Below are positions 9,591 through 19,886 of a stretch of DNA of 64,000 bases, piece by piece. Positions within the stretch are counted from its first letter, which is position 1, and each line of letters starts with the position of its first letter. The DNA lies in the IMG/VR virus record IMGVR_UViG_3300003321_000691, positions 32,001-96,000 of that record, one strand, 5' to 3'. Position numbers and translations under genes: made by a program. The stretch is from a virus. A model generated the notes under the pieces. It was given only the letters and a program-made list of their open reading frames with translations. It was not told the DNA's origin and searched no databases.

Positions 9591-9808
9591 TTGACCGCTC
9601 CGCGCAGACGCTGGCGCAGCTGCTCGTCGCTCTCGCAGTACCCGCCACGGAGCGTGTCCTCGATCGGACACTCAGCGGTCTGCGTCGGTGACCACTCCCG
9701 TACCGTGCCGCGCGTCGTGGCGATGCGGTCGAGAACCTCTGCGTCGGCCGCGGAGAACTGCATGATGGTCAGTTCGCGAACGAGTTCCCCGAACGGGTCA
9801 GGAAGCAT
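9587..9808 (-). CDS. hypothetical protein
   Basis: operon packing. Confidence 0.45.
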   Translation of the reverse strand: MLPDPFGELVRELTIMQFSAADAEVLDRIATTRGTVREWSPTQTAECPIEDTLRGGYCESDEQLRQRLRGAVK

Positions 9809-9809
9809 G

Positions 9810-9995
9810 TCAGTTCCCCTTGCTGCGGTCGATGAACGGCTCGTTGATGGCCTGGACTTCGATGTCGGTCGGCACGTACTTGCTGCCGTCCTTTGGCAGC
9901 TTGGCCTCGAAGGCGTCAAAGCAGTCATCACACATGGCGAAGATGACGCCGGTGGACTCTTTGGCCTTGCAGACTTGGCAGATGGGCTTGCTCAT
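9810..9995 (-). CDS. small CxxC protein
   Basis: CQVC...CDDC. Confidence 0.5.
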   Translation of the reverse strand: MSKPICQVCKAKESTGVIFAMCDDCFDAFEAKLPKDGSKYVPTDIEVQAINEPFIDRSKGN

Positions 9996-10591
9996 AGCGG
10001 CAACTCCGGGCGCTTGGGGAACAGCTGGGCGTGTCGTGCTGCATCGTCCACGCAGCGATACAGGTGCTCTAGACCGCGTACCGCCGGCTTCACGATGAAA
10101 CTGTAGGGGGCGTCCTTCCAGCCCGACTCCGATGCGTGGTTCTGATCAGCGGTGGTGGCGGCTTCCTGGCCGGGGGACTCCAGGCGCCAGACGTGGCCGT
10201 ACTGCCAGCCGTTGAGGATGGCCTCGGCCTCGTTGACGAAGCGGACGTCTTCGACGACGGCGAGCATGGGCCGCTCGCGCCAGATAACACCACCTTCACC
10301 GAGGGTGTACCTGACCCAGAAGTCATCGCCGAAGTTCTTGCGGATGCCTTCGGTACCGAGGCGCTGGAGGAACCAGCGCGGCGAGAAGCCGTAGCGCTCA
10401 TCCACCGCTTCCTTCTGCTCTTGCGTCCCCCACACCTGTTGGTGCGAGAAGCCCATGGTGTCCACGGCGAGCTGCTTGAGTGGCGCGGCGAGCGCGTACT
10501 TCTTGGCGCCGTACTTCTCGACGAGGTAGTTGGCGACGCTGGACTTACCAGCTCCAGCCGGCCCCATGAGTCCGATGACGGTGGTCAGCAC
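9992..10591 (-). CDS. deoxynucleoside monophosphate kinase
   Basis: GPAGAGKS P-loop, AAPLK, SPRWFLQRLGTE, DVRFVNE, HASE. Confidence 0.9.
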   Translation of the reverse strand: MLTTVIGLMGPAGAGKSSVANYLVEKYGAKKYALAAPLKQLAVDTMGFSHQQVWGTQEQKEAVDERYGFSPRWFLQRLGTEGIRKNFGDDFWVRYTLGEGGVIWRERPMLAVVEDVRFVNEAEAILNGWQYGHVWRLESPGQEAATTADQNHASESGWKDAPYSFIVKPAVRGLEHLYRCVDDAARHAQLFPKRPELPL

Positions 10592-12024
10592 TAGTCCTCC
10601 GCATTCGCCTGGTCGTCAGCGAGTTCGCTGACCCAGAGCGGGATGTCGCTGGAGCACCAGCGGCGCGGCTCCAGCATGCGCATCGATTGCACTGGGACCT
10701 CGAACTCGGCGCCGATGTCCTGGGCGAACGAGTTGAAGCCGATGAGGCTGCCGTTGACCATGAGGTTCGGCAGGCAGATGCGCTGGTGCCAGTGCCCCAT
10801 GCACGTCAGTGACGCCGGCTTGAGCGTCTCCCACCGGGCCCTGGCGCGGAACAGCGGCACCGTGATGCCACCCACGCCGCCGTGGTACTTGAACACGTCA
10901 CCGTGCAGGAAGCGAATGGAACGCCCGTAGACGTCGTCCAGGTAGGTGAACGACGACGTCGGGAGGATGAACCGTACGCGCGGCTCGTCCTTGTAGTGCA
11001 TCGCGAGCTGCGCGTAGAGAAAGACCTCCAGCGAGTTCTGCGTGCGGGTCGCCGACTCCATCTTCTTGGTGGTCCGCCCGTGGTTGCCGTCATTGCAGGG
11101 GATGAGCCACTGCTCGATCTCGGGGTCTTCCAGAAGGTGATCGATGCCGGCGGTGATGCTGCGCTGCGCGTAGAGCACCGCGTCGGTCGGCGATAACAGG
11201 TTGGCTTGCCGGTTCTCGTCCCGCAGGAAATTGGTGATGAAGTCACCTCCGAGCCATAGGATGGCGTCGCGAATCTTGAACGGGGTCTGACGTTGGTGAT
11301 CGATGGCCCAATGGCTCGCCTCGAAGAAGCGCTCCATGCGGTGCGCCGAGATGTCGAGGTTGTACCTGTTCCGACCTTGCACCGATTCCGGTTTGACCTC
11401 CTCCTCGATGTGCCAGTCCGACGCCAGGATGAGTGGTGTCGCCTCGCGAAGCTTGGATGTGCGCTCGCGTGGGCAGACGCTCGGTCCGACCTGCTCGTGC
11501 TGGTGGGCGAGGACTTCGGCCACAACCGCGGCGTACTCGCCGCCGTCCGAGAGCTGCTTGATCAGCTCCGCGTTCTCGTTTTCGAGGTCCTTGACCTTGC
11601 GTTTGAGGCGGTGCTCCTCGACGCGGGTGATCGTCTCTTCGACGACCTCGACGCGAGGCGTGGTCGCCGGTGCAGGCGCAGCTGAGCCTGCGGTGTAGAG
11701 CGGTGCGACGTACTCGTGGTAGTTCGGCGTCCCGGCCATGATGTGGGTGCCTGATTCGGGCGACTCGCCGCATTCGGCGCAGTAGTCGCCGGTCTTTGGG
11801 TCGTTATCGACCGACTCCCAGATACGTAGGTGTGGCCACTTCGCGGTCGCGTATTTCGACGGCGCTTCCGGGCGCTCGGAGTGGACGCGTGGGCTCTTGC
11901 GGTCGGTCTTGCGCCGGCCGTTGTTGAAGCACTCGACGCAAATCTTACGCTTGCCGCCACGGCCGTCGCTTCCGTAGGCCTGCTCGGGGAGGTCCCGGCC
12001 ACACGGGCCTGTGCACCGACTCAC
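10591..12024 (-). CDS. calcineurin-like metallophosphoesterase with N-terminal Cys motifs and coiled coil
   Basis: SDWH, LGGD, GNHG, LHGD, GHWH. Confidence 0.8.
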   Translation of the reverse strand: MSRCTGPCGRDLPEQAYGSDGRGGKRKICVECFNNGRRKTDRKSPRVHSERPEAPSKYATAKWPHLRIWESVDNDPKTGDYCAECGESPESGTHIMAGTPNYHEYVAPLYTAGSAAPAPATTPRVEVVEETITRVEEHRLKRKVKDLENENAELIKQLSDGGEYAAVVAEVLAHQHEQVGPSVCPRERTSKLREATPLILASDWHIEEEVKPESVQGRNRYNLDISAHRMERFFEASHWAIDHQRQTPFKIRDAILWLGGDFITNFLRDENRQANLLSPTDAVLYAQRSITAGIDHLLEDPEIEQWLIPCNDGNHGRTTKKMESATRTQNSLEVFLYAQLAMHYKDEPRVRFILPTSSFTYLDDVYGRSIRFLHGDVFKYHGGVGGITVPLFRARARWETLKPASLTCMGHWHQRICLPNLMVNGSLIGFNSFAQDIGAEFEVPVQSMRMLEPRRWCSSDIPLWVSELADDQANAED

Positions 12025-12770
12025 GAGGCGCTGGGTGCGCGGCCGAACCGGGCAAGGAGACGCTGCCACCAGCTGAGGCGCAGGTAGCGGGTACGACGGC
12101 GCATGTTGCGCGAGAGCCCGAGCTTGGCGACGTGGGCGCGGTAGCCACGCATCTCGCCGACCTGCGTCCAACCCTGCTTCGGGTCGAACTTCTGGGCGTA
12201 GCCACCGGGACGGACCTCGTTCGGGCGCTTGGACAGATTGCACTGGTCGTACTGGACGCCAGCGGTATCCTGCGGCGGCTCGAAGGCCTCGGGGTAGTTG
12301 AAGTTGGACAGCGGAACGTCGTCGATGTAGTAGGTGTCGGCCTCGACCCGGTCCGCAATCTCGCGGTCCCAGAACGAGCCGTCCGCCATCTCGACGGCCA
12401 GGCGCAGTCGCGGGTCACCGACAACCTCGCAGACCTCATGGCTCGCGATGGACGTCCACGGGTCGCCGTAGAGTGTCGCGAGGTCGAGGAACACGTAGAT
12501 CACGGGCGTGCCATCTGGCAGCGCGTCGTGGAAGCCGAGCGCACCTTGCTGGTCCTTGGGCGCCACGCCGATGAGCCGGATCTGCACTTCGCCGGCTTGG
12601 GGGGGTGCCTCGGGCGTGGCGGCGCGGACGGCCATGGCGGTGTCACCCTGCCAAGCTGGCGCGATATGCTCGCGAAGCTGGCGTTGCTGAGCCGCGGCGT
12701 AGGCCTGGCGGTCCGCAAGCGGTACCTTGGCGTCCACGTCCACGACCACGAAATCGAAACGATGAATCAT
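12021..12770 (-). CDS. hypothetical protein, possible metalloprotease-like
   Basis: ALGFH...SHEVCEVVGDP...EIADRVE. Confidence 0.55.
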   Translation of the reverse strand: MIHRFDFVVVDVDAKVPLADRQAYAAAQQRQLREHIAPAWQGDTAMAVRAATPEAPPQAGEVQIRLIGVAPKDQQGALGFHDALPDGTPVIYVFLDLATLYGDPWTSIASHEVCEVVGDPRLRLAVEMADGSFWDREIADRVEADTYYIDDVPLSNFNYPEAFEPPQDTAGVQYDQCNLSKRPNEVRPGGYAQKFDPKQGWTQVGEMRGYRAHVAKLGLSRNMRRRTRYLRLSWWQRLLARFGRAPSAS

Positions 12771-13126
12771 CCCAGCCTCACGACAGCGTCTGCGGCGTCA
12801 AACTCTCCGAGCTTGTCCGCGGCATTGTAGGGTGGCTCGTCGGCCACCTCGGTAGTGTTCACGGTCTTCTTCTTGCCGGGCCGTTTGCCAGGCGCAGCGG
12901 CGAGCTGCGCCTTCATCTCGGTGATGCTAGTGGCGGGCTTGAATGCCGGCGCCACCTGTGTTGTCGATCCGGACTCCACGGTGGGGTCCTGGATAACCGG
13001 GTACGTCGGCGGCGTCCGTGCCCCTTCGCACCTTGTGATGATGCGATCGATGAGGCGCGGATCGACTTCACGACCCGCCAGACCTTCGAGGATACCGGCC
13101 AGCCAGGCGCGGTCCTCGGGGCTCAC
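12767..13126 (-). CDS. hypothetical protein
   Basis: GTGA-coupled; VSPEDRAWLAGILEG start. Confidence 0.5.
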   Translation of the reverse strand: MSPEDRAWLAGILEGLAGREVDPRLIDRIITRCEGARTPPTYPVIQDPTVESGSTTQVAPAFKPATSITEMKAQLAAAPGKRPGKKKTVNTTEVADEPPYNAADKLGEFDAADAVVRLG

Positions 13127-13494
13127 TTGAACGACCAGCCCTTGGCCTGGATGACCTGGCGCGCAGCGGCCGTGACCGGGTCCTCTTCGCCCGTGCTGGC
13201 CGAGCCAGAGCCAGCGTTCGGCGCGATGTTGTGCAGGACGCACGCGACGAACGGCTCGCCGTACTGCGCGAACAGCGACGCCACCGTCGTGTCGAGGGTG
13301 TGGTTCATCACGGCCATTGCGAACTGTCCCGCAATACTGATGGCGAGAGTCAGGACGTCCGTGCCTTGGAGGGCGATGGACTTCTCGGCCTCGGCGCACT
13401 TGATGGTGTTGTCGATGACCGTCTTGGTCTCGGACTTGAACCACGAGCAAGCGCAGGTGGTCGCGATGAGAGTGACAGCGATGAGTTTCTTCAC
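13123..13494 (-). CDS. putative lipoprotein (lysis region)
   Basis: KKLIAVTLIATTCAC signal peptide/lipobox-like. Confidence 0.55.
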   Translation of the reverse strand: MKKLIAVTLIATTCACSWFKSETKTVIDNTIKCAEAEKSIALQGTDVLTLAISIAGQFAMAVMNHTLDTTVASLFAQYGEPFVACVLHNIAPNAGSGSASTGEEDPVTAAARQVIQAKGWSFK

Positions 13495-13574
13495 AAGTAC
13501 CTCGGGAAAGATAGTGGGCCGCGCGTCCAACCCGGAGGAAGTGCGATGGACAGACCAGACGCGCGGCCCTTGTG

Positions 13575-14102
13575 CTAGTTACCAGCGTCCGAGGGCGCCG
13601 GGGTATTCCCGTCGGTGACCGAGACTTGGACGTCGGAGGCGTGCTCGAACAGCCAGAGGACCACGCCCCGAATGGATTCGGGGAGGTACGGGGCGAGTGG
13701 CTCGATGATAACCTTCTTGACCGCCGTGTAGCCGCCGGCCGCACCAAAGGCGACGACCAGGGCCGACCAGGCTGCGTGCGCCGTCGCCGGGCCGCCGCCA
13801 GCCAGTGAGGCAGCGAGTGCCGTGCCGAACGAGCCGGCCAGGACGAGCAGCGTGGAGCCGATGTCGGTGTGCAGAAACCTCCAGCGGCCACCCAGATACT
13901 TACGCACGAGGGCCACAACGATGACGAGGCTGAGCGCCGCGGCGTAGGCCTTGTGACCATTCGCGAAGGCGTCGTAGACGGCCTTGGCGACGTCGGTAGA
14001 ACCGTCCTGCGGGTCGACCAGGTTCCCGGCCCGGGCCAGACCCGAGAACGAGAGCATAGCAGCCGCGGCAGCGATGAGTGTGGTGTACAGGTTCTTGAGC
14101 AT
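13575..14102 (-). CDS. multi-pass membrane protein, holin candidate
   Basis: signal peptide plus 3-4 hydrophobic helices; GGAGG RBS. Confidence 0.55.
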   Translation of the reverse strand: MLKNLYTTLIAAAAAMLSFSGLARAGNLVDPQDGSTDVAKAVYDAFANGHKAYAAALSLVIVVALVRKYLGGRWRFLHTDIGSTLLVLAGSFGTALAASLAGGGPATAHAAWSALVVAFGAAGGYTAVKKVIIEPLAPYLPESIRGVVLWLFEHASDVQVSVTDGNTPAPSDAGN

Positions 14103-14103
14103 T

Positions 14104-14250
14104 TCAGCCTCCAGTGCAAGCAGACGCAACCGCTGAGCACAGGGCGCGGTAATCCGGCGGAAGGAAGTGGCAGATGATTGCCAGGATACCACCCACCAGC
14201 GCCGCCCACTTTGCGATCTTGGCCGCGCGGGCCTTCTCTTCAGGGGTCAT
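14104..14250 (-). CDS. 48-aa single-TM protein (not in ORF track)
   Basis: MTPEEKARAAKIAKWAALVGGILAIICHFLPPDYRALCSAVASACTGG fills the gap exactly. Confidence 0.55.
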   Translation of the reverse strand: MTPEEKARAAKIAKWAALVGGILAIICHFLPPDYRALCSAVASACTGG

Positions 14251-14252
14251 CT

Positions 14253-15776
14253 TCACAGGTTGTCACCGGATGCGAGGTGGTTCCAGCAGCGGCGAACGCG
14301 ACCGACCATGTAGTTGTAGGCCCCCGCGCCACCCGCGCCTGCCGTGCTCGTACTGGCCCGGAACAGCGCGGCGATGCCGTCACCGAGCGGGAGGACGTCC
14401 GAGCTGTCGGTCAGCGTCGCGGCCAAAGTGCCGTTGATGTAGAGCTTGGCCTGCGTGTGTCCGGCCGAGTTGCGATTGGTACCGCACAGCTCTAGGCGCA
14501 TGCGATAGACCGTGTTCGCGGACACGGTGACAGACGTGTTCACCGTCGTGATGCCGGCGTTGTGCAACATACGCAGGACCCACTTGCCGCTGTTGGTGCC
14601 CGGGTCGAAGTGCGCGTACACGCGGTTCGTGCCGGTGAGCCAACGAAGGCCAAGGTCGAACACCGCAGCGTTCGCAACGTCCGTGATGGTACCGGTCGCC
14701 ACCGCGAACTCCATCACAAAGTCGGTGTCAGCGTCGAAGCCGGTGTCGTACGTCGACGTAAGCATCGTCTCGCCGTCGCCAACCCCAGAGACACCGTTCG
14801 TGACGATGTTGACGACGCGCTGGTTGAGGAGCGTGTTATTCCAGCCCTGTCCGGCGCCGTAAGCGTCGATGAACTGTACCGAGTCGAGGTTGTACCAGGC
14901 TAGCGACGCCGACTGTTCGGTCGAGATGCCGGTCCACGACCAGCCGCGAGGGAGGTCGTAGTAGGTCACCTGCACGGCGTGGATACCAATCGGGTTCGTG
15001 TTGCTACCTCCACCCGCGAGCTGAATCGCCAGCGTCTCGCCGGTCTTCACGACCTTGGGGCCGTGGCCGCCTGTTGGCGACGCGTAGATGTCGAAGCTGC
15101 TGGATGCGGTCGCCGCGAGTGATACGGTTTTGGTCACGACCGAGGTCGTGAGCCCGCCAGAGGTCGGATCACCCTTGTAGAGGGTGGCCAGAAGACTCTG
15201 CGTGCCGAAGGCGTTTTTCCAGTAGACGGTGATGCTGGAGATGATCGCGCCGACGGGGATTTCTGAGAGTGGGAGGTAGAGCGTGTCGTTGGCCGACAGG
15301 ATCCAGTCACCGGCGTAGTTCGTGTCTGTCTGGAGAAATTTGCTCGTACCACCCCCACCACCACCCGGCGCACCGATTGGGGTCAGCAGTAGAGTCGTGG
15401 GGGTCGCGTAGCGCCAGTTCTCGTCGATCTCGGACACTTGGCCCATGCGGTAGCCGTTGTGGTCGACGACACTGCGGACATTCTGCCCGTAGTCGCGGAA
15501 CGTCGACAGTGGGATGACGTTGCTCTCCGCGGTCGCGCCCAGGTCCGTGTTACCGACCGCCAGTCCACCGCTGGTGAAATAGTACGACAGGAACAATAGC
15601 CACAGATAGGTCCAGTACTGCCACCAGTTCTGCCAGGCCGAAGGGGGGACCTGGCCGGTGGTCCAGCCGGTGTCTTGTTGTCCTGATGACGGCGTCGAGA
15701 TGTTGGTGGCAGGGGTGCCGCCCGCGGTGACGGCCCAGCGTGGTGGGGCGGAGGATGGCTTGGCGTTATTCGGCAC
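14253..15776 (-). CDS. tail fibre / receptor-binding protein
   Basis: P.W...GW..GQVP.A.W.NW N-terminus typical of fibre anchors; beta-rich C-terminus; follows baseplate genes. Confidence 0.7.
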   Translation of the reverse strand: MPNNAKPSSAPPRWAVTAGGTPATNISTPSSGQQDTGWTTGQVPPSAWQNWWQYWTYLWLLFLSYYFTSGGLAVGNTDLGATAESNVIPLSTFRDYGQNVRSVVDHNGYRMGQVSEIDENWRYATPTTLLLTPIGAPGGGGGGTSKFLQTDTNYAGDWILSANDTLYLPLSEIPVGAIISSITVYWKNAFGTQSLLATLYKGDPTSGGLTTSVVTKTVSLAATASSSFDIYASPTGGHGPKVVKTGETLAIQLAGGGSNTNPIGIHAVQVTYYDLPRGWSWTGISTEQSASLAWYNLDSVQFIDAYGAGQGWNNTLLNQRVVNIVTNGVSGVGDGETMLTSTYDTGFDADTDFVMEFAVATGTITDVANAAVFDLGLRWLTGTNRVYAHFDPGTNSGKWVLRMLHNAGITTVNTSVTVSANTVYRMRLELCGTNRNSAGHTQAKLYINGTLAATLTDSSDVLPLGDGIAALFRASTSTAGAGGAGAYNYMVGRVRRCWNHLASGDNL

Positions 15777-15799
15777 GGCTCTTGCTAGGTTACCACAGG

Positions 15800-16300
15800 T
15801 TAGATAACGCCCGCGTAGGCGCCGTTATCATAGGCCTGGGCGCCCGTACCGTCGTAAGTGAACGTGACGGCTGGGGCGACGACGGAGTACACCACGTAGA
15901 GCTTCACGCCGGCCGCCTTGGCGTCCATGAGGAAGCTGTGGACGATCGTTGCCAAGGCGGTCGTTACCGAGATGCCCAGGACCTCTACGACCGCGGTGGC
16001 GATGGTCTGCGTGGCCACATTGATCACCGCGCTCAGGTCATTCAAGATCAGCTGCACGATCGTAATGAACTCCTCGGTCTTGCCGGTGGAGTTGTCGGTC
16101 GCGATGCGGGCCCGGATGTAGCGGCGATAGGTGTCGTCGTCGAGACCCTGCCGCGTCTGCCCCACGAGCTTGCCGATGAGGTCGAGCTGGGCTCCGATAG
16201 CGTTATCGACGGTGCGCTGGAGGAGCAGCTGCTGGAGAGCGTCTTCAACCTCTTGCGCTGGTCCCGCGAGAACAGCGACAAGCTTTTGGATATTGGTCAT
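15800..16300 (-). CDS. baseplate wedge protein (DUF2612-like)
   Basis: AIGAQLDLIGKLVGQ.R...DDDTYRRYIRARI...AAGV. Confidence 0.75.
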   Translation of the reverse strand: MTNIQKLVAVLAGPAQEVEDALQQLLLQRTVDNAIGAQLDLIGKLVGQTRQGLDDDTYRRYIRARIATDNSTGKTEEFITIVQLILNDLSAVINVATQTIATAVVEVLGISVTTALATIVHSFLMDAKAAGVKLYVVYSVVAPAVTFTYDGTGAQAYDNGAYAGVI

Positions 16301-16350
16301 CTAGCGAACCAGGAGCGTGGCCAGAAAGACCAGGGTGATGATGAGCTTCT

Positions 16351-17694
16351 TCATGGCGTGTCTGCCGAGGAGTTGATGGTGATGCGGGACGTATCGAATA
16401 CGGCCACGCTCCGGTTACCGACAGGGATGGTCGCGCCAGACGCCGGGCTAGGTGCCGTGCCGATGTAGAGGGGCTCTACGTCGAGGATGCCGGGGACGGT
16501 GTACACGGCCGCGTTGAGTCGGGATGCCCGGACGTCGAGCGCGATTGGGTACACCAGCGTGGCGATGGCGAGCTTGACTTCGTTGTCGCCGTCGAGCGGG
16601 TAGGCCGAGGCGTCGTAGGTCAAGGTCACTGAGACGTAGACTAGGATCTGCGTCGGACGAGTGAACGAAATGGTGTGGACGACGCCTTGTGAGTCCGTGA
16701 CCGAGACTGTGGTCGTCCCGTGCGTGACGATGCCGGCCGCAATTTGGCTGAACAGTGCTGCGGCGATGTCCGCATCGGCGCCACCCTGCACGATACACTC
16801 GATCGCGTGTGGCGGGACGCCGTTCGCGTCGGTGACGTCGGAGTCGTTCTCGTAGACGGTGCACGTAGTGACTCCCGAGACTTTGAGGACCGCCGCCTCG
16901 ATCGCGGGACCGGTGCTTCCGCCTTCGCCGCCCAGTTCTTGCTCGCGCAGGATGCGCAACTGCTGGTCGGTGTACGTGTTGGCGCCTTCGACAGCGTCGA
17001 GGAGGTTGATCGCGCCGAGTAGTCCAGCGACCGGGGCGACGTTCACGTTCGTGAGGTCGCGCGCCGCCACGAACACCGGCCCGCTCACCACCGCCAGCAT
17101 GACCGCGTCCACGGCGCCGTCGCCGATGCCGAGGAAGGTCCAAGTCACGCTGCCGTCGCCGATGGTGACGCCAGTGCCGGTCGGGCCGCCCGAGCCGGCG
17201 CTCGTGCCTCCGATCGTGCACTGGTAGATCTTGCTGTTATTTTTGACGCGGTCGCCCGGAGCATAGAGCGTTGTCGGTAGCCACGCGTTGACCGCCGCGA
17301 TCGTTGTGTCGATCTGGGTAGCGAACTGCACGGCCGTGCTGGCCGCCGCGACGATAGTGCCGTGCGTGATCGACGAGCCTGGTGTGCCCGTCAGGGCCGC
17401 AGTCACCGTCGAGAAGGTGGCCAGCGGCCGGAGGGTGCCAGTGAGCTTGCAGAGCGCGTCGAGGGCCTGGCCCGTAGCGGCGTCGACGTCCTGCGAGCTG
17501 TACACGGCTTGGGCGAGCGCCCACAGCTCCGCGTAACGCTCGGCCATGATGCCGTCGATCTGGCCAAGGACCGTCTTGTCCCCCAGCACCAGGGAGGCAC
17601 CGAACGCCGACCGCATAGCGGCGTCGAGGTCAGCCCGAACCACAGAGAGGGACTTCGGGACGAAGCCGGCGCTAGTTAGGCCATACGTTAGCAT
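16351..17694 (-). CDS. baseplate J-like protein with CBM-like insertion
   Basis: ATGQALDAL, TDQQLR, VSGVT..TVYEND..D.NG.PPH; insert W.P.T.YAPGDRV...YQC. Confidence 0.85.
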   Translation of the reverse strand: MLTYGLTSAGFVPKSLSVVRADLDAAMRSAFGASLVLGDKTVLGQIDGIMAERYAELWALAQAVYSSQDVDAATGQALDALCKLTGTLRPLATFSTVTAALTGTPGSSITHGTIVAAASTAVQFATQIDTTIAAVNAWLPTTLYAPGDRVKNNSKIYQCTIGGTSAGSGGPTGTGVTIGDGSVTWTFLGIGDGAVDAVMLAVVSGPVFVAARDLTNVNVAPVAGLLGAINLLDAVEGANTYTDQQLRILREQELGGEGGSTGPAIEAAVLKVSGVTTCTVYENDSDVTDANGVPPHAIECIVQGGADADIAAALFSQIAAGIVTHGTTTVSVTDSQGVVHTISFTRPTQILVYVSVTLTYDASAYPLDGDNEVKLAIATLVYPIALDVRASRLNAAVYTVPGILDVEPLYIGTAPSPASGATIPVGNRSVAVFDTSRITINSSADTP

Positions 17695-17795
17695 TATCGT
17701 TCACCTTTTTCTCGGTAGGGGCGAAGCTCGTCACGGTTGCGCTTCCTGTACTCGCGCTGATACGCGGCCAACTCCTCCTTGGTTTTGGCCATTGG

Positions 17796-18206
17796 CTAGA
17801 TCTCCCTCGTCAGGCTATCGGCGACGGTGTCGCCGAATACGGTCGTGACGTTCCAGGTCACGGTCATGAGCCGTGTCGCGTTGTCGTAGGTCGCCGAGAC
17901 CGAGTTGATGGTCCCGACGCCCGGGACGTCCGCGATGGCGCTGCGGATGGCCGCTTCGGACTTGACCTGGTTGAAGACTTCGCCAAGCAGCGCGTCGTCC
18001 GCGGACACGCCCTCGCGCTCGAACCAGGGCGTACCGGCGTCGAGGTCGAGGAACCACTCGCCGCGGACCAAGAGGATGGCCTCGCGGATGAGCTGGGCGA
18101 CGCCGACCACTCCGGTGGCGAGCTGTAGGTCGCCGTTCTCGAACACGAGGTCACCCGTGTTATCGAGCAGGAGGTCGACGGGGTCGGTGGAGAGTAGCGA
18201 CGCCAT
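17796..18206 (-). CDS. baseplate wedge / sheath initiator (gp25-like)
   Basis: GEWFLDLDAGTPW, VPGV..I; position. Confidence 0.75.
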   Translation of the reverse strand: MASLLSTDPVDLLLDNTGDLVFENGDLQLATGVVGVAQLIREAILLVRGEWFLDLDAGTPWFEREGVSADDALLGEVFNQVKSEAAIRSAIADVPGVGTINSVSATYDNATRLMTVTWNVTTVFGDTVADSLTREI

Positions 18207-18895
18207 TACTCCGCCTTCGTCTTCTCGGTCCCGGCATCCCAGCCAGTGCCAGTAATCGGGTCGATTCCGAGCGCGGTTTGGAGTGCCGTTAGTGCGTGGA
18301 TGGCTGGAGGATCGGGGGTAGGTGTCGTGCACGCGGCAATCGCGGCTTTGATGGCCAGCCCGAAAAAATCGAGCGCGGTCTGGACGACAACCGCCGCGCT
18401 CGCGTTTTTGCTGCCGAGACGTAGCCCGTCCGGCGCAGTCAAAACCATCGCGTTGTCTGGCGGGTTGTCGATGGGCGCCGTGCGCGGGCGCAGGCCAGGG
18501 ATAGCAATGCCGTCGCATAGCGAGTGCATGCGCTGGTCGTCCAGCTCGATGTCCTGGTGACCGCCCGCGTTCCACTGGTGCATCGACCGCTCGGCAAAGA
18601 CCACGAGCACGACGTCCCCGGTCTTGAGTGGCCAGGTGATGGAGTAGTCGCCGGCCCCAGGGAACATGACCGGCACTGAGACCAGCGGCGCCGGGCGCTC
18701 GGTCTGCGTCGCGCCGCCCTCTACGGTGTAGCTGCGACGGGCGATGAGCTGGACCGAGCAGCTCTGACTCGCCGCGTCATAAGACGTGATGTAGCCCCAC
18801 TGGCACGTGTGTAGGTCTTCCAGGCGATCCTCGATCGCGCCCTGGATGACCTCGGCCAGTGTAGGGGTTTGAAGTTCCTGGGGGTCGTCCGCCAC
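18206..18895 (-). CDS. baseplate spike (gp138-like)
   Basis: VPVMFPGAG..ITWP...GDVVLVVFAERS...RMHSLCDGIAIPG. Confidence 0.8.
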   Translation of the reverse strand: MADDPQELQTPTLAEVIQGAIEDRLEDLHTCQWGYITSYDAASQSCSVQLIARRSYTVEGGATQTERPAPLVSVPVMFPGAGDYSITWPLKTGDVVLVVFAERSMHQWNAGGHQDIELDDQRMHSLCDGIAIPGLRPRTAPIDNPPDNAMVLTAPDGLRLGSKNASAAVVVQTALDFFGLAIKAAIAACTTPTPDPPAIHALTALQTALGIDPITGTGWDAGTEKTKAE

Positions 18896-18921
18896 CCCCG
18901 AAGTTTGGCACAGTTTTTGCG

Positions 18922-19884
18922 TTACGTGGCTGGCTGGACCTGCGCCGGGACGGCCTCAACCTCCGAGAACCAGTCCGTGCCCCAGGTGTCGCCTTTGTGG
19001 ATGACCTTCTGGATGCGGAAAAACTGGCCGGCAATAGCGCGCGACGTGACTTGTACGAGGTTCCCCGGCCGGAGCTGCGGGTAGAGCAGCATCTTGAACT
19101 TCAGCTCTGGCGACTTGCCGCCGCGGGTTGGGTTCGTGTACTCTGGCGTGCCAATGAGGCCGGTGTCCTGGCTAACTACGACTGCCTCGCCCGGCCCGAC
19201 GTCGCCGTCCCGAAGGAGTTGGAGCTTCCCGTCCTGGATGGACCACAGGACCCCGAAAGGGGCCAAGATACGAGTCAGCTCGTTGCGGGACGCGCCCTGC
19301 GCAGCGTACCCGCCGTTGAACTGGACCTGGAGGCCACCCAGCCGGTTGACGTCTGTAGCGCTAAGGGACAGACCCATGCTGCGGGTGATGTCCTGGACGG
19401 CCTTGAGCACCGTCGTCCCCGGACCGTAGGTCCGATTGATGCGGGCAAGGCGCTGGGCGCGATCCCCGTCGCCGAGCTGGAACACCGTCTCCCACTGCGG
19501 CTTCGCCAGCCGGGAGTATCCGCGGCGCACGTCCCCGAGAAACAGCGTGCGCAGTTCCTTCTGGTAGCCGGCGTCGAGGCGGATGGTCAACGGCTTTTTC
19601 GTGCACAGGGCGCGAGTACGCTCCGCCAGGTTGTCGATGATCACCTCGGCCTTGTTCGGCGTGCTAGTCACCGACTTCTCGATGGAGAAGCGAACACGCA
19701 TGCCGGTGATCTCGATCGCGTTCTCCGGCCCGGGCGCGCCCTCGAAGAAAGCCTCGGGCAGCGGGCTGGGCGTGATGATCGTGACCTTGCATCCGCGGTT
19801 GGTCAGACGCGAGGCAACCTCGGGGGTCTGAGGCAGCTCGATGTTCTTGTCGATCGCCCCTTGGATGATGGATGTAACGGACAT
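18922..19884 (-). CDS. baseplate hub protein
   Basis: RFSIEKS...I.NL, LDAGY...LF.G, WSIQDGKLQ, TGLIGTP, H.GDT.G..W. Confidence 0.75.
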   Translation of the reverse strand: MSVTSIIQGAIDKNIELPQTPEVASRLTNRGCKVTIITPSPLPEAFFEGAPGPENAIEITGMRVRFSIEKSVTSTPNKAEVIIDNLAERTRALCTKKPLTIRLDAGYQKELRTLFLGDVRRGYSRLAKPQWETVFQLGDGDRAQRLARINRTYGPGTTVLKAVQDITRSMGLSLSATDVNRLGGLQVQFNGGYAAQGASRNELTRILAPFGVLWSIQDGKLQLLRDGDVGPGEAVVVSQDTGLIGTPEYTNPTRGGKSPELKFKMLLYPQLRPGNLVQVTSRAIAGQFFRIQKVIHKGDTWGTDWFSEVEAVPAQVQPAT

Positions 19885-19886
19885 TG

